Assembly (NCBI GenBank): GCA_024679065.1
Contig: JAGIQG010000004.1
Span: 35,588,001 to 35,652,000 of the forward strand
Direction: 5' to 3'
Length of the DNA: 64,000 nt
DNA from: Sphyrna mokarran
Lineage: Eukaryota
Made by a program: the position numbers and the translations under genes. A model generated the notes under the pieces. It saw only the letters and a program-made list of their open reading frames with translations. It did not search any database and was not told the DNA's origin. Within the stretch, counting starts at the first letter, position 1, and every line of letters starts with the position of its first letter. Positions 1-11,438 of the stretch are shown piece after piece.

Positions 1-139
1 ACAAAATAGTACACACCTAAGAACATAGCATTCTAGCATATATCTCTAGTTAATTTTACTTGCCCATTCATTACCACCTTTCCCACAATTCTGTGCTGAG
101 CTTCTCCAATCACATTTTCATTTCTGCTACAGCACTGAG

Positions 140-530
140 ATGGTCCAAATCAAAGTTACAAAAGGCATCATGGTTCACTACCCCTCTTTATATTTCCCAA
201 TCCATCTGCAGCCTTTGACAATGTTGACCATGCCTGATTCTCTAATATCTCTCCTTTGTTGTCTAGTAGAGTGTATATACCATTGCAAAGTTCTGCCTTT
301 TACCATCCAGCCAAAACCAGAGAGTATCCTTCAATGCTTTCTTTGCCCCAGCTGCAATAATCCTTCTGCAATCTACCACAAGCCTAATTTTGTTCCTGTT
401 CCTATTTCTCATCTACGTGCCGCTCCTCAAGCATACCAAAACTATTGTGTCAGCTTCTCCATATATACTGATAATATATAGCTCTACCTCACCATCACCA
501 CCTTAAGTTTTCCAGTGTCTCTGTATAGCT
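140..530 (+). mobile_element. Degenerate L2-type LINE reverse transcriptase fragment
   Basis: Frameshifted remnants resembling 'VKVT..I', 'SAAFD.VDH' and 'SFSIY(A/T)D..(Q)LYL' RT motifs. Confidence 0.55.
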
Positions 531-539
531 TGTTTAGAT

Positions 540-2760
540 GTTTGTTAATAAGCAAGTGCGAGGCCTCTTATGTGGGTAAAGTTTACTCATGTGTAGCAGG
601 AGGAGTAGGTAAAGAAGTTACAATTATAAGAGTTATAGGATCAAGTTAATCTTTGATGGTGAAGAGATGAGGTGATATAACAGTTTTGATAGTGTATTGC
701 CAGAAAATTTGGAATTAATGAAGAAAAGAGTAGTGTTTTCTTATGTAAGATGAGGTTGGAGAGTCAGATGAAAAGTGCTGATGTAGCAGTAGGAGTAATA
801 GAGAAATAACCTTGTTCAGGAATACAGCTTATCCTGGGTAATGATATAGCTGGATCACAGGTGTGAGTGATGCCTACTGTGATTGAAAAGTCAATGGAAA
901 ATCAAACAACTGAGGGGTTGCAGGAAGCATATCCTTGGATTTTTCCTGACTGTGGTAACAAGGTCACCAAGTCACAGGTTAAGACAGGAGGAGAAGTTAA
1001 AGAGTAAAGATAAGGAGGTTGAAATTCAGTTATCTGAAACAATTCTTGGCCAGATGGTTGAAAGAGAACAAGAACAAATGGAGGACAAAGCGGATATCTT
1101 TATTTCAGGAAAGTTGATAGATTTACAACAGAAGGATCTAGAGATAAAGCTGTTGTATCAGAAAGCATATACAGAAGAAGAATTTGAGTGTATACTGGAG
1201 TGTTATTACATGAAAAATGGTGTCTTAATGAGGGATTGAAGACCTTTACATATTCAGACAGATGATAAATGGACAGATGTTCATCAAGACAAAATACTGA
1301 GGATGGTGGAATCTGAAAAAAAGTAGAAAATGCTGTAGAATCTCAGCAGGTCCGATAGTATCCTTGGAGAGAGAATAAAGCCAAATTTTTCAGACCGATA
1401 ACCCTTTGTCAGAGCACGTTGTATTACCAGTGGTATATAGAAAGGAGGTGTTGCAAGTAGCATATGTGATACCAGAAGGTCATTAGGAGTAACTGAAGCA
1501 AAAATACAAAAACATTTTTATTGGTCTGGATTCCACAAGCATGTAGAACTGCCCTACATGCCTAGTAATAGGAAAACATCAAGTGGGAATAAAACTAGCA
1601 CTCCTAGTACCTGTTCTGGCATTTAAGGAACCTTGTAGTAGGGTCCTAATTGATTGTACGGGACCCCTCCCTAAAATGAAAAGTGGGAATCAGTAGTTGT
1701 TAACCATAATGGATGCACCTATTTGATTTCTGGAAGTCATTCCATTAGGTAATATTACAGCTCTAAATGTTGCAGAGGGGGAGTTACTTTTCTTTAACTA
1801 CATACAGACTATACACAGAAATACAATCAGATCAAAGATCAAACTTTATGTCAAAATTATCCAGGAAAGTTTTGGATGGCTTAGGAGTAAAACAATTTAA
1901 ATCAACTGCATACTATCCAGAATCATGGTGAGCTTTGGAATGGTGGCATCAAACTTTAAAGACCATGTTGAGGATTAAGTTAAGATGATCCAGAGGATTG
2001 GGATAAAGGAATTCCATTTATACTTCTTGCAATTGTGGATGCATCTAGTGAGTCAACAAAATTCTGTCCATTTTATTTGATTTTTAGTCATGAAGTAAGA
2101 GGACACTTTAACTGACCAATGAGAAATTGGTGAGTCAACATTCTGAATCAACTACATTGTTGACTATGTGTCAAACTTTAAGGGGAAATTAACTAGGGCT
2201 GGTGAGTTGGCTCGTGAGCATTTAAAAATGGCACAGCATGGTGATGAAATAAGAAGCAGATGAGAAATCAATAATTCATAGTTTTGCTAGTGGGGATAAG
2301 ATATGATTATTGTTTTTGTCAGTGGTAGGTGAACCTTTCAAAGCAAGGTTCAGTGGGCCTTATCAAATCACAAGAAAATTGACTGAGGTAAATAATTTGA
2401 AAATAATAGCAGATAAGAGTAAAACTCACAACAGTGTAACTGTGTTACTTTCCAAAGGAAAATCAAAGTGACCTGAAAAATTATTACAATTGTATGGACA
2501 TGTATGTGGGAATAAATTGGGAAGCACTAAAATAATTGTACATGAGATAAATGTAGAAAATGCCGTGAAAATTGAGCAATATCCATATAGACTTGATCCA
2601 ATTTGGTGTAGGTTCAGAAGGAGAAGCTGGTGCTTACTCAGATTGAGATACAGCAGGCAAAAGTCTTGAACTAGATAATAGAGTGCTAATAGCGTGAAAC
2701 TAGAGGTTTTGAAAAATGAAGCCATATTTTTACATTTTTGGTTAATTTTTTAAAAGGGGC
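540..2760 (+). mobile_element. Decayed Gypsy (Gmr1-like) LTR retrotransposon internal region: protease tail, integrase, then start of RT
   Basis: Broken frames give 'LILGNDIAG', 'GH.GV...KIQKHFYW', 'EP..RVLIDC.GPLPK..SGNQ..LTIMD', 'IQSDQ.SNFMS', 'AY.PES....E.WHQTLKTML' and 'GPY', followed by an RT N-terminus-like 'GSTKIIVHEINVENAVKIEQYPYRL'; most of RT/RNaseH is deleted. Confidence 0.8.
1290..1415 (-). mobile_element. Short Penelope-derived terminal repeat inserted into the Gypsy integrase region
   Basis: Interrupts the integrase frame; resembles the common elasmobranch 'GAAAATGCTG..AATCTCAGCAGGTC..AGTATC..GGAGAGAG' repeat, with a decayed CTGAnnA..GAAA on the minus strand. Confidence 0.5.
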
Positions 2761-2761
2761 C

Positions 2762-3534
2762 TGTGTGAAGATACTGTTCCTTTAAGAAATATACTTATAT
2801 CATATTTCTCATGAAGACTATATTTAAGATTCAAGTCTATGTTACCAGGTACCAATCTGTTTATGAACCTGGCAGCCACATTCTGACGATGCAGGAGAAT
2901 AATTGGTTCTAGATATTGGGGTATTTATTTTAAGATGAGCCAGTGAAGTTTTGTTCATTTTTGTTTTTACTCCTGGGATTTCAGATTAGGATTTAATTAG
3001 GTTGATTGAATGAGTCATGCACTTATGGGAGGAGCTAGGTTTACAGAGACATGGAGGCAGATTTGGTTGGGTCTGCAAGAAGCAAGAAGTGCCTCTCACT
3101 TTCTCCCTCACTCTGGAGTTAGATATTTGGGAGCTGCTCAAAAATAAATCCAGACATGTTCTGGTAGCTTAAGGACTGGCAGCTCACATTGGCCAGTGTG
3201 TTTGCTAACTGATTTTGAAGAGGATTTTAAATTATGCAGAATATTGCTTAAATTGGAACTAATAGAGATAGATTAGCAACTAAAAATTGAATCTTGTCAT
3301 GTGTAAGTATTTCAATTAAAAGTTACTCACAATTAAAAGTTAAGCTAATTCATTTTATTATAGTTAAACTGTATTATTAAATAAAGTTTGTTTTGATAAA
3401 AACTTCTTAGTGCATTAATAGAATCACACTTGGAATGAAATAACTTATCCTCACATTAAATGCCAAAATAAGAATAGTTGAGATGTAGTCAAATTTGATA
3501 ACGTACGTTGGGGTTTCTGATCTGGTCTCTAACA
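2762..3534 (+). mobile_element. 3' LTR of the Gypsy element
   Basis: Purine tract AAAAGGGG immediately upstream, TGT...ACA termini, internal AATAAA near 3380; shares a segment (TATT.TTAAATA.AGTTTGTTT.GATAAAA) with the solo LTR at ~9.2-11.4 kb. Confidence 0.7.
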
Positions 3535-5900
3535 CTTGCCATGCATTTTGCTCACTCGCTGTCTATCTGCCTTTATACAGACAATCATTCGGAGAGATCC
3601 CAGAACAGGGAAATCAAGGTACTCTTTCAGTTTGAAAAATCGAGCCATAGAGCTGGTCAGGGAGGACATTGACCATACCTGCACCAATGATGAGATGGGC
3701 GGCGCACTGCCAAATATGGACTAAGCACCAGCTCATTCCTCAGACAACCATACCATGAGTGCTTTATCCCATTTCAGAGCCATCTTTTTAAAATTCATTT
3801 TGTGGAATGTGGACATCACTAGTTAGGCCAGCATTTATTGTCCATCCCTAACTGTCCTCAATTTCAGAGGGTGTTTGACATTCAATCACATTGCTATGGA
3901 TCTAGATTAACATGTATGCTAGATTGGGTAAGAATGGCAGGTTTCCGTAAAGGGCATTAATGAACCAGATGGGTTTTTATGACAATCGACAATGATTTCA
4001 GATTTTCATACTGAATTCAAATTTTATCATTTGCTACATATTAATCACCTCTTTCTTTCATAGGTGTCACTGGAAAACTCTGAAAGGCATTGTTATAAAG
4101 GGAAGGTTTATCCCTCTCTGAGAACTAACATCCAACCATTCAAAGAGGGGCACCTCACTTTATAATCTATTAAAAGTGTTGTGAAGCAGTACAATCTGCT
4201 CTTCAGCAACTTTTAGTGGTTAAATCAAAATAATTACCTGACATGCTCTCTAAAAATCAACAAATAATACTTTATTTATTTAACAGTGAATAAGTTAACT
4301 AAACTATTAACAAACTGAATAAAATATGTTTCTAATAGCATGGTGTCCAGATAAATATAATTCCCACTTGTTAACAAAAAAGAACAGAATTTTAGTGACT
4401 CCAGGTTATTTCTTCTGGAATATTCGAGGCCTTCTCTGTTGGATCTTCTGTTTGGACTTCTTTCTTCTTTGCTATCTTTGGTACTTTCACTATCAAGATA
4501 GTACTTTCTCTTAAGCCATAAATGCGAGCTATGAGAGCCAGTAAGTTTATCTCTCTTTAGCTGTGACAGGTGCTCTCCCAGTGCTTCTGTCTTTTATACC
4601 CCTGATGACATACCAATATTCCTACAATAAGATTGGTTTTAGGTTGCCAAAGCCATCAATTTCAAATTCAATAAGTGTTTGGTATCTAAGTGCCAAAAGA
4701 GATTGGTTAAATTCAAAAACAGCCACTTTCTTGGCGACACTGCTGCCTGGCCTCTCAGCACAAAGGTTTGAATTTTGACACTCCATGCACATGCAACTTT
4801 GTTTTAACTCTCCAAGCGCAGTGAGAAAAAACCACCTTTTTAAAGGTTCCATGCAATACTTTCATCTCTTAGATTTTACAATTTTTAAAATAATTTTACA
4901 AACACCAAATTCTAACATTCTACTCAACTTTGCAACAGCACCCACAGGACAGGCCCTCATTTCTATCCCTGATGATACCTTGGATGGGGAACCATGAAGA
5001 TATCAAAGTAGAAGACCTGTTACACACTCACCCACACCCTCCACCAGCACCAAGATGCAAATGTCAGTAAGTCCTAGTTCTAGAATAGACTCGGGATCAC
5101 AATCTATGACTACAGCACACAATTTCACCTATAGCAAGCAAAGCTGGGGATTATAGAAATTGTTGACACTTAGGATTGTTAAAGATCAGGATTTTGCTGA
5201 GTCCAAATCAAATGATGAGCCTTTATGCTAAGTGCTAATTCAGTTGGAGAAGCTGCAGCAACAGTCTTGAAACATCAGGAAAGGATTTCAGCCGCATTCC
5301 TTAGATTGCAATGGATGGTGGAGCAGTCTGTCCACCTTCAGCCTGATATTAATATCGACATGCCAATGCACTGAAGTCAACACTGTTAAGATGGCCACCA
5401 TGGAGATCTTGGTCCAGAACATCAGTCCCACACTGCTGCAGGAGCTACACTCCATTACTGTAGCCTTTGATAGCATCCATCAGTGGAGAGGGAAGCAAGG
5501 CCTTCAATCTCACTCTAGGCGCCCCTTCTTCTCAAGTACTCAATTTTGGGTCCTCTGGCATCCATAGGGAGAAGGATCACCAGCTCAAGCTCCCTGGTTC
5601 TATTCATCCTGGTGACTGCAGGACTCTTTGATCAATCTAAATCCTCTCTTCTTGCGAACCCATCACTTCTGCCAGCCAAGAAATGTGCACTTGCTCCTTA
5701 GGAGGACACCCAAAGCTGGTCTGTGTCCTCCAGTTCCTGACCTTCAGAGGACGCCCACCAAGGAAATCACAGACAACATAGCACACTGCAGGCTGCGTTC
5801 ACCTCTACTACGAATGGTAGGGATGAATGAAGATGTACTGATAGGGTTAGGAAAATTAAAAAGATTCAGGAGTGCAACAGTGGCACAGGTGTTCACAACA
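3535..5900 (+). mobile_element. Highly decayed DNA-transposon-like sequence (possibly Harbinger Myb/SANT accessory region), interrupted by other repeats
   Basis: Segments 3535-3780 and 4920-5900 resemble 25430-26580 in composition and words; no intact ORF. Confidence 0.3.
4091..4917 (-). mobile_element. Putative solo LTR
   Basis: TGTTA...TAACA termini, AATAAA on minus strand near 4272; no clear TSD. Confidence 0.45.
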
Positions 5901-6106
5901 TGTACATAATGCAAACAAATGTAAATACAATCACATCCATTTCATATCTCCTCTTGTGTATGCCTCCTTTCTCTGATGAGCTGTGTTGCTGTCAATCAGT
6001 TGTGATACCATGACTCCTTCCCTCACTGATCACAGACGTCACTATCATGCACCTCTTGCTTATATAATGTGCTTCCATATCAGTAATGTGTCGTCCTTTT
6101 TCAATT

Positions 6107-6300
6107 AAAAGTTTATTTATTTATCACAAGTAAAGCTTACATTAACACAGCAATGAAGTTACTGTGAAATTTCCCTAATTGCCACAGTCTAGCACCTGTT
6201 CAGGTCAATGCACCTAACCAGCACATCTTTCAGAATATGAGAGGAAACTGGAACACCTGGAGGAAACCCATACAGACACAGGGAGAACATGCAGATCATT
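6107..6300 (-). mobile_element. V-SINE/HE1-like SINE (5'-truncated)
   Basis: GGTTTCCTCCAGGTGTTCCAGTTTCCTC core and AATAAATAAACTTT tail; homologous to copies at 32.1 and 36.8 kb. Confidence 0.8.
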
Positions 6301-9179
6301 CTTGACATCACTGATAGTTGGACATTAACATTCAGTGTGCTTGTGGAACGAACCTTGTTCACATGTTTGCAGGGACATGACATATTTATTCTTTGGTGTG
6401 TAAGATTGAGGCAGAGGTGTTCTATCTCATTTGCTTTCAAGCTAATGTAGCTGTGCCACATCATGGTTTTTGACTGTCTCTCACTCTGTAATTGTGTCTT
6501 GCAGAGACAAGGCTCTCATCACAAAATCAGGATGCCACACTGCGCTTCCCCTCACCTAAGTACTCAGAGTTATTAATGTACAGCTGGACTCATACTTTTG
6601 CGGCCCCATGTGCTGCCTTCATGCCAGGACCCCCATGACATCATACCCCCTCACCCCCCCATGACATGATATCAATCCCTGCCGCACTCTGTCCACACCC
6701 ACCCTCAACTCCACAATGCAAGCCACAAAAATAGAGAAAAGTTCACAAATTACTGCTTCAGAGCTTTTTAACTTATGCAAACAAACCTGAAATTGATTAA
6801 TTCAAATCCATAATGCAAGCCACAGGAATCCAAAAAAGTACAGTACACAAATCACTGCTCACTGCTTCAATGCTTTCTAACTGATAACAAGCCTTTAATT
6901 GATTATTTGAAATCCAAGCCTACCTCTTGTCAACATGACAGTAGAGATGTTCAATATTGCGATCTATGTGTCTTAAGGTGAGCAAACATGGAACTGGCTG
7001 ATGAGCAACACAATGGAGAAATCAGCTGATGATATGACTGCAGCACAGCATAGGCCAAGATTATCCAGAAAAAGTCCAGTGCAGGAACAAATACTCCAAT
7101 TACATGGAGCTCAGTGAGTCCAATAGCTGTAGCTTTGCTGGAGACTGTCTGGCAGGATTCTATTCTTTGTCCAAAAGCAATTTTCTAAAGACCAGTATTG
7201 AGAATGATGAGGGATGGCAGTTACTCATCAGTTACAACTGTTTACATGAGACAGCCTTAATACTAGACCAATAAATAATGGTCTCATTTAAAAATATGAA
7301 TTTAAACAAGAAGATATGGATGAAGGACATTTTTTGAAGATTTTCTTACTTTTTCTGCACTTTTTCTTCACAAAATCAATATTATCATAGGTAAAATCTT
7401 ATAAGGATACATTTTCAATCATCAATATTGCTGAACTTGTCAAATGTTCCCATCTCATTGTATGTCACAGATAATTTTTAACTCTTTTCAATACAGAGAA
7501 AAATGTTCACCAGAAGTATTTGTGACAAGTATGGTTAAAAATACTTCCAGAATGGTTGCCTGCAAACCATCACGTACAGGTCTGTACAATTCAGCTGGTG
7601 ATCGCAAAGTACAGAACTCATCATTATCAATGAAATGAATGAATTGTTTCATTTCATTTTCAAAAAGATTTGTGTCCATGTCCTCCTGTTAGGATTCTGT
7701 TAATTCCTTACTGCAGCAGCTCTTAGCATTCTCATCAAAACTTCTGTCAAATAGCACAGAAAATAATTCAACAGTTTTCTTCAGAAATTCACTTCTACTC
7801 TGCAATTACAGTATTATTGTGTCACAAATAACATTGACAGACTCAATGATGGTATTTTCCTTCTCTTTCAAAGGGATTTAATTGTCTCTCGTTTCATCAA
7901 AAATTATCCTCATGCATTTTGTACAATTCTGATCATCAGAGGGGCCTGTATTTTTAACCTTATTGCCCCTGCTTCCACTGGGATATACTCATTTTGAACT
8001 TTGATGACAAAACTTTAATTGAGGCTAACAATTGTGAAGCATTCCATAAAGTTATATTAATATTTTGCAGTGATTTGTTGATGATGTTTATTCTTTGAAG
8101 TAAACGATTCTACAAAACAATAAAAACTGCAGTTTTATACCTTTCAAACTTCTCTGCTAAGAATTTTGCATCAGCTTTCACAGATGATTTCCCTGAATTG
8201 GATGTGGCTATGTCTGATAAGTATTCCTTTATAAATATCGACAAAGTTTAGTTTCAAAGCCAAAACATCATCTGCATGAGTGGACCACCTGGTGTCACAA
8301 ATTGCTTTAACTATCAAATGTTTTCCATGTACTTATTCCAAGTGTGATTGCATCACATTCCACCAATGCATGGAAGCTAGAAAAAATCAGGCAGACAAGT
8401 TTGGAACAAAATCAAAAAAATGTATGGCCACCTCACACATCTGCTACATTGAAGATTAAATGCAAGGAGTAACTGGAACATGGGATGAGTAATGCACAGG
8501 GTCTTGTATTGTTCAGTCTTGCTTATAGACCTGAACAATTTCCTACCATATTTGTTACATTATCAAAGCTTTGCCCACAACAATCTTTGGTGTCCAAAAC
8601 CTAAATTTTCAGTTTTTCTGAAACTATTGTATCCTGGCACTTAAAGGTATGGGATTGCAGCCGGACAAAACAGATTTCTCTACAACATGACCATCGCTGG
8701 TCACATATCTTGTTAATTGGTCCATATGACTCACTTCTGGTGTTGAGTCAACTGTTATTGATAGGATTTGGCATTTTTAACTTAATTTATTCATTGGTTT
8801 CTGAGCCTCTCTACCATTATAGTGATGAAGTCATCATAGGTTCTGTGCGTTAAAAAGTTGTTCTTCCCTGAAGCACAATATTAGTAACTTTTCAAATGTT
8901 CTTTGAGAAGCTTGTCACATTCACAAGACAGACTAAAAAATTATCTTTTCAACTTGATGCTGATGACTCATTATATCCTTTTAAAGGAAGTCCCAAGGAA
9001 GACAGCAATTTGACTGTGGCAATAACACATCTCAGCACTTTCCTTCAATAAGAACATTCCTTTTTGAACGCTGATAATGCAAAATCATTCTTACAGATGA
9101 TTTACATCTTTGAACAAACACAGACAAAGCTTTGTAATGTTAGTGTACCTTTTAAAAGTTTTTTTTAAATTCATGCTTA

Positions 9180-11438
9180 GAGCCTGAGGTGATGTCATGG
9201 TTGGGAGTAAAAAAAAACTACGGCTCAGGTGACAGAGATTTCATTTTCAGTCTTAGTTTGTAATTGCAATTTGAGTTTTTAATTTTAGAAGGGACAGCAA
9301 GCTAAGAAAGTGTGTTTTCCTTCTCTTCTTGTTTTTAAAATTCTGTGATTAATTGAAAGCCAGATCTTGATTTTCTGAAGGGTGAAAATCTGTTGTTTTT
9401 GGAGACTGGACCAGAGTCTCTCTGATGGTTTGAGAAGCTTTCTGAATCGCAAGAACATTTGGCTGCAGAATTCAGCTAACGACTTTGATCCCAGTATCAC
9501 GTGAGCATTAGTCTGTGCTGTGGTAAACCTGTGGTAAAGGGAACTTTGTCTATGGGATTGGTTTGATTGGAATATTGTAGAGATCTTTGTTAAGGGTTAT
9601 ACATTATCATGATTGTTTGTTTCTTATTTATAATTGATAAAAGTTATTGCTAATTTTCTTACTATAGATATTAACTGTATTGTTAAATAGAGTTTGTTTG
9701 ATAAAAGCTCCCTGAATCATACCTGAAGTGAAACATCTCAGGCCAGATTTTACCAATCAGAGGCTAAGGGCTGGATCTAGATATAAAACGGATCCAAACC
9801 TGGAATCCCCATTCCAGCACACCCATTCACTTTTTGCCAGCTGCGGTCCAGTCCGCACTGTGGCAGGGCTTAGAGCTGCCAGAACGATCAGAGCTCTGAA
9901 CTGCACATGCGCAGTTCAAAATAAATCTGAAGCAGTGTGCCTGGGCACGAGAAGCAAAACAAGAGAGCTGTGGGGGTTGAGGATGAGCCACGATCGGACC
10001 CCTCTGGCAGACACCACCCCCCCCCCCCCCCCCCTCCCCACTCGCGCGATCAGGCTCCCATCCTCCGAGAGCAGCCTGCCCCTCCTGCAATCCACCTCCC
10101 ATTGGAGGCAGGCCCACCTGACAGACCTCCCCTCACAATCAGACCCCCCTCAACAGAACGCACTCCTAACCTACCTCGATTGCTGCTGTCCTTCCACCAT
10201 CCTTCTGACCTGCGCTCATTGATATGGAGATGTTGGCATTGGACTGGGGTGAACACAGTAAGAAGTCTCATAACAAAAGGTTAAAATCCTGTTGGATTGG
10301 TGTTGTGACTCTTCTTACTGCACTTGTTGGACTTTCTGCAGCACCTTCCTGGCATCTGCTGGCATCTGCCGGAAGAAGGAGGCGAGATCAGATGGATCTC
10401 TGATTGTGGGGGAGGGGAAGGATGGTGGAGATTCTCCCAAGTCCATCCTCCCTCTGTCCTCCATCATCCCCACCCCCAACCAGAGATCCATCTGAGCTTG
10501 CCCCCCGCCTCTCCTCCGGCAGACGCCAGCGGAAGGCCAGGGAGGTGCTGCAGGCTGTCCAACTAGTGCAGTACAACATCTCACAACACCAGTCCAATAG
10601 AACTTTAACTTGCTGTTGAGACTTCTTGCTGTGTTCACCCTAGTCCAACACCGACATCTCCACATTAACGAGAGCAGACCAGAAGGATGGTGGAGGGACA
10701 GCACCAATCAAGGTAGATTGGGGGTGTGTTCTGCCGAAGTAGGGGATGGCCTGCCTCCCGGGGTGGGTGGCGGGGGGGCGCGTTCTGATCGCAGAGGAGA
10801 GGGGGGCTTGCCTTCCACGGGGGTCTGATCGTGAGGAGTGGGCTGCCTCCCGAGGGGATTTGATCATGGTGGGCAGGTGGGGGCTGTCTCCCAAGGGGAT
10901 GGATTGCGGGGGAAGAGATGTGCTCTGCTGAGAGGGGCCTGCCTCCGGGAGTGGGGGTGGGGTGGGGGGGGGGGGGGGGGGGGGGGGGGAGCAGGGGTGT
11001 CTGATCGTGGGGGTGGGAGTAGTGGGGTCTGGCGGAATGGTTAGTGGGGGTCTGTGAAGGTGTCCGCTTCGGATTTTTATTCTGCAGGTTGGTAACAGCA
11101 CGGATCTGAAACAGATCCAAAGATGATAAAGTGCAATTTGGCAGTGGAGTTGGGTGCGCAGTTCATTAAGTCAATTTGAATGCATGCTAATGCATTTAAA
11201 TTATCGGGCTGCCCGATTGGGGCGTAGACCGGTAAAGGCGCGATCTGCTCAGTTTCGGGTGCGGATCGCATTGCAGGCCGAATGCCTGAATTTACCGCGA
11301 TTTTGTGCCCGAAAATGGGTGTGAATTTTTGGTAAAATTGAGCCCCTTATATTTATTCTAGCCAAATTCAAAATGCAAAACTTATGATTGAGGCGGGCTT
11401 CATAAAACACTTTGGAGTTTCAAACCTAAACCATAACA
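9180..11438 (+). mobile_element. Solo LTR (Gypsy family) in two pieces, 9180-9740 and 11347-11438
   Basis: Similarity to the LTR at 2762-3534 on both sides of the foldback insertion; ends in CCATAACA. Confidence 0.6.
9741..11346. mobile_element. Non-autonomous foldback/MITE-like DNA element (Harbinger-type termini) with a long internal inverted repeat
   Basis: Termini GGCCAGATTTTACC / GGTAAAATTGAGCC are near reverse complements; arms ~10130-10430 and ~10457-10750 are clearly reverse-complementary; poly-C at ~10017 is mirrored by poly-G at ~10964. Confidence 0.75.

Noticed and set aside
9728-11271. Dense cluster of overlapping Pro/Gly-rich ORFs on both strands
   Set aside because: Artefact of the GC-rich palindromic element; mirror-image ORFs and no splice or domain support
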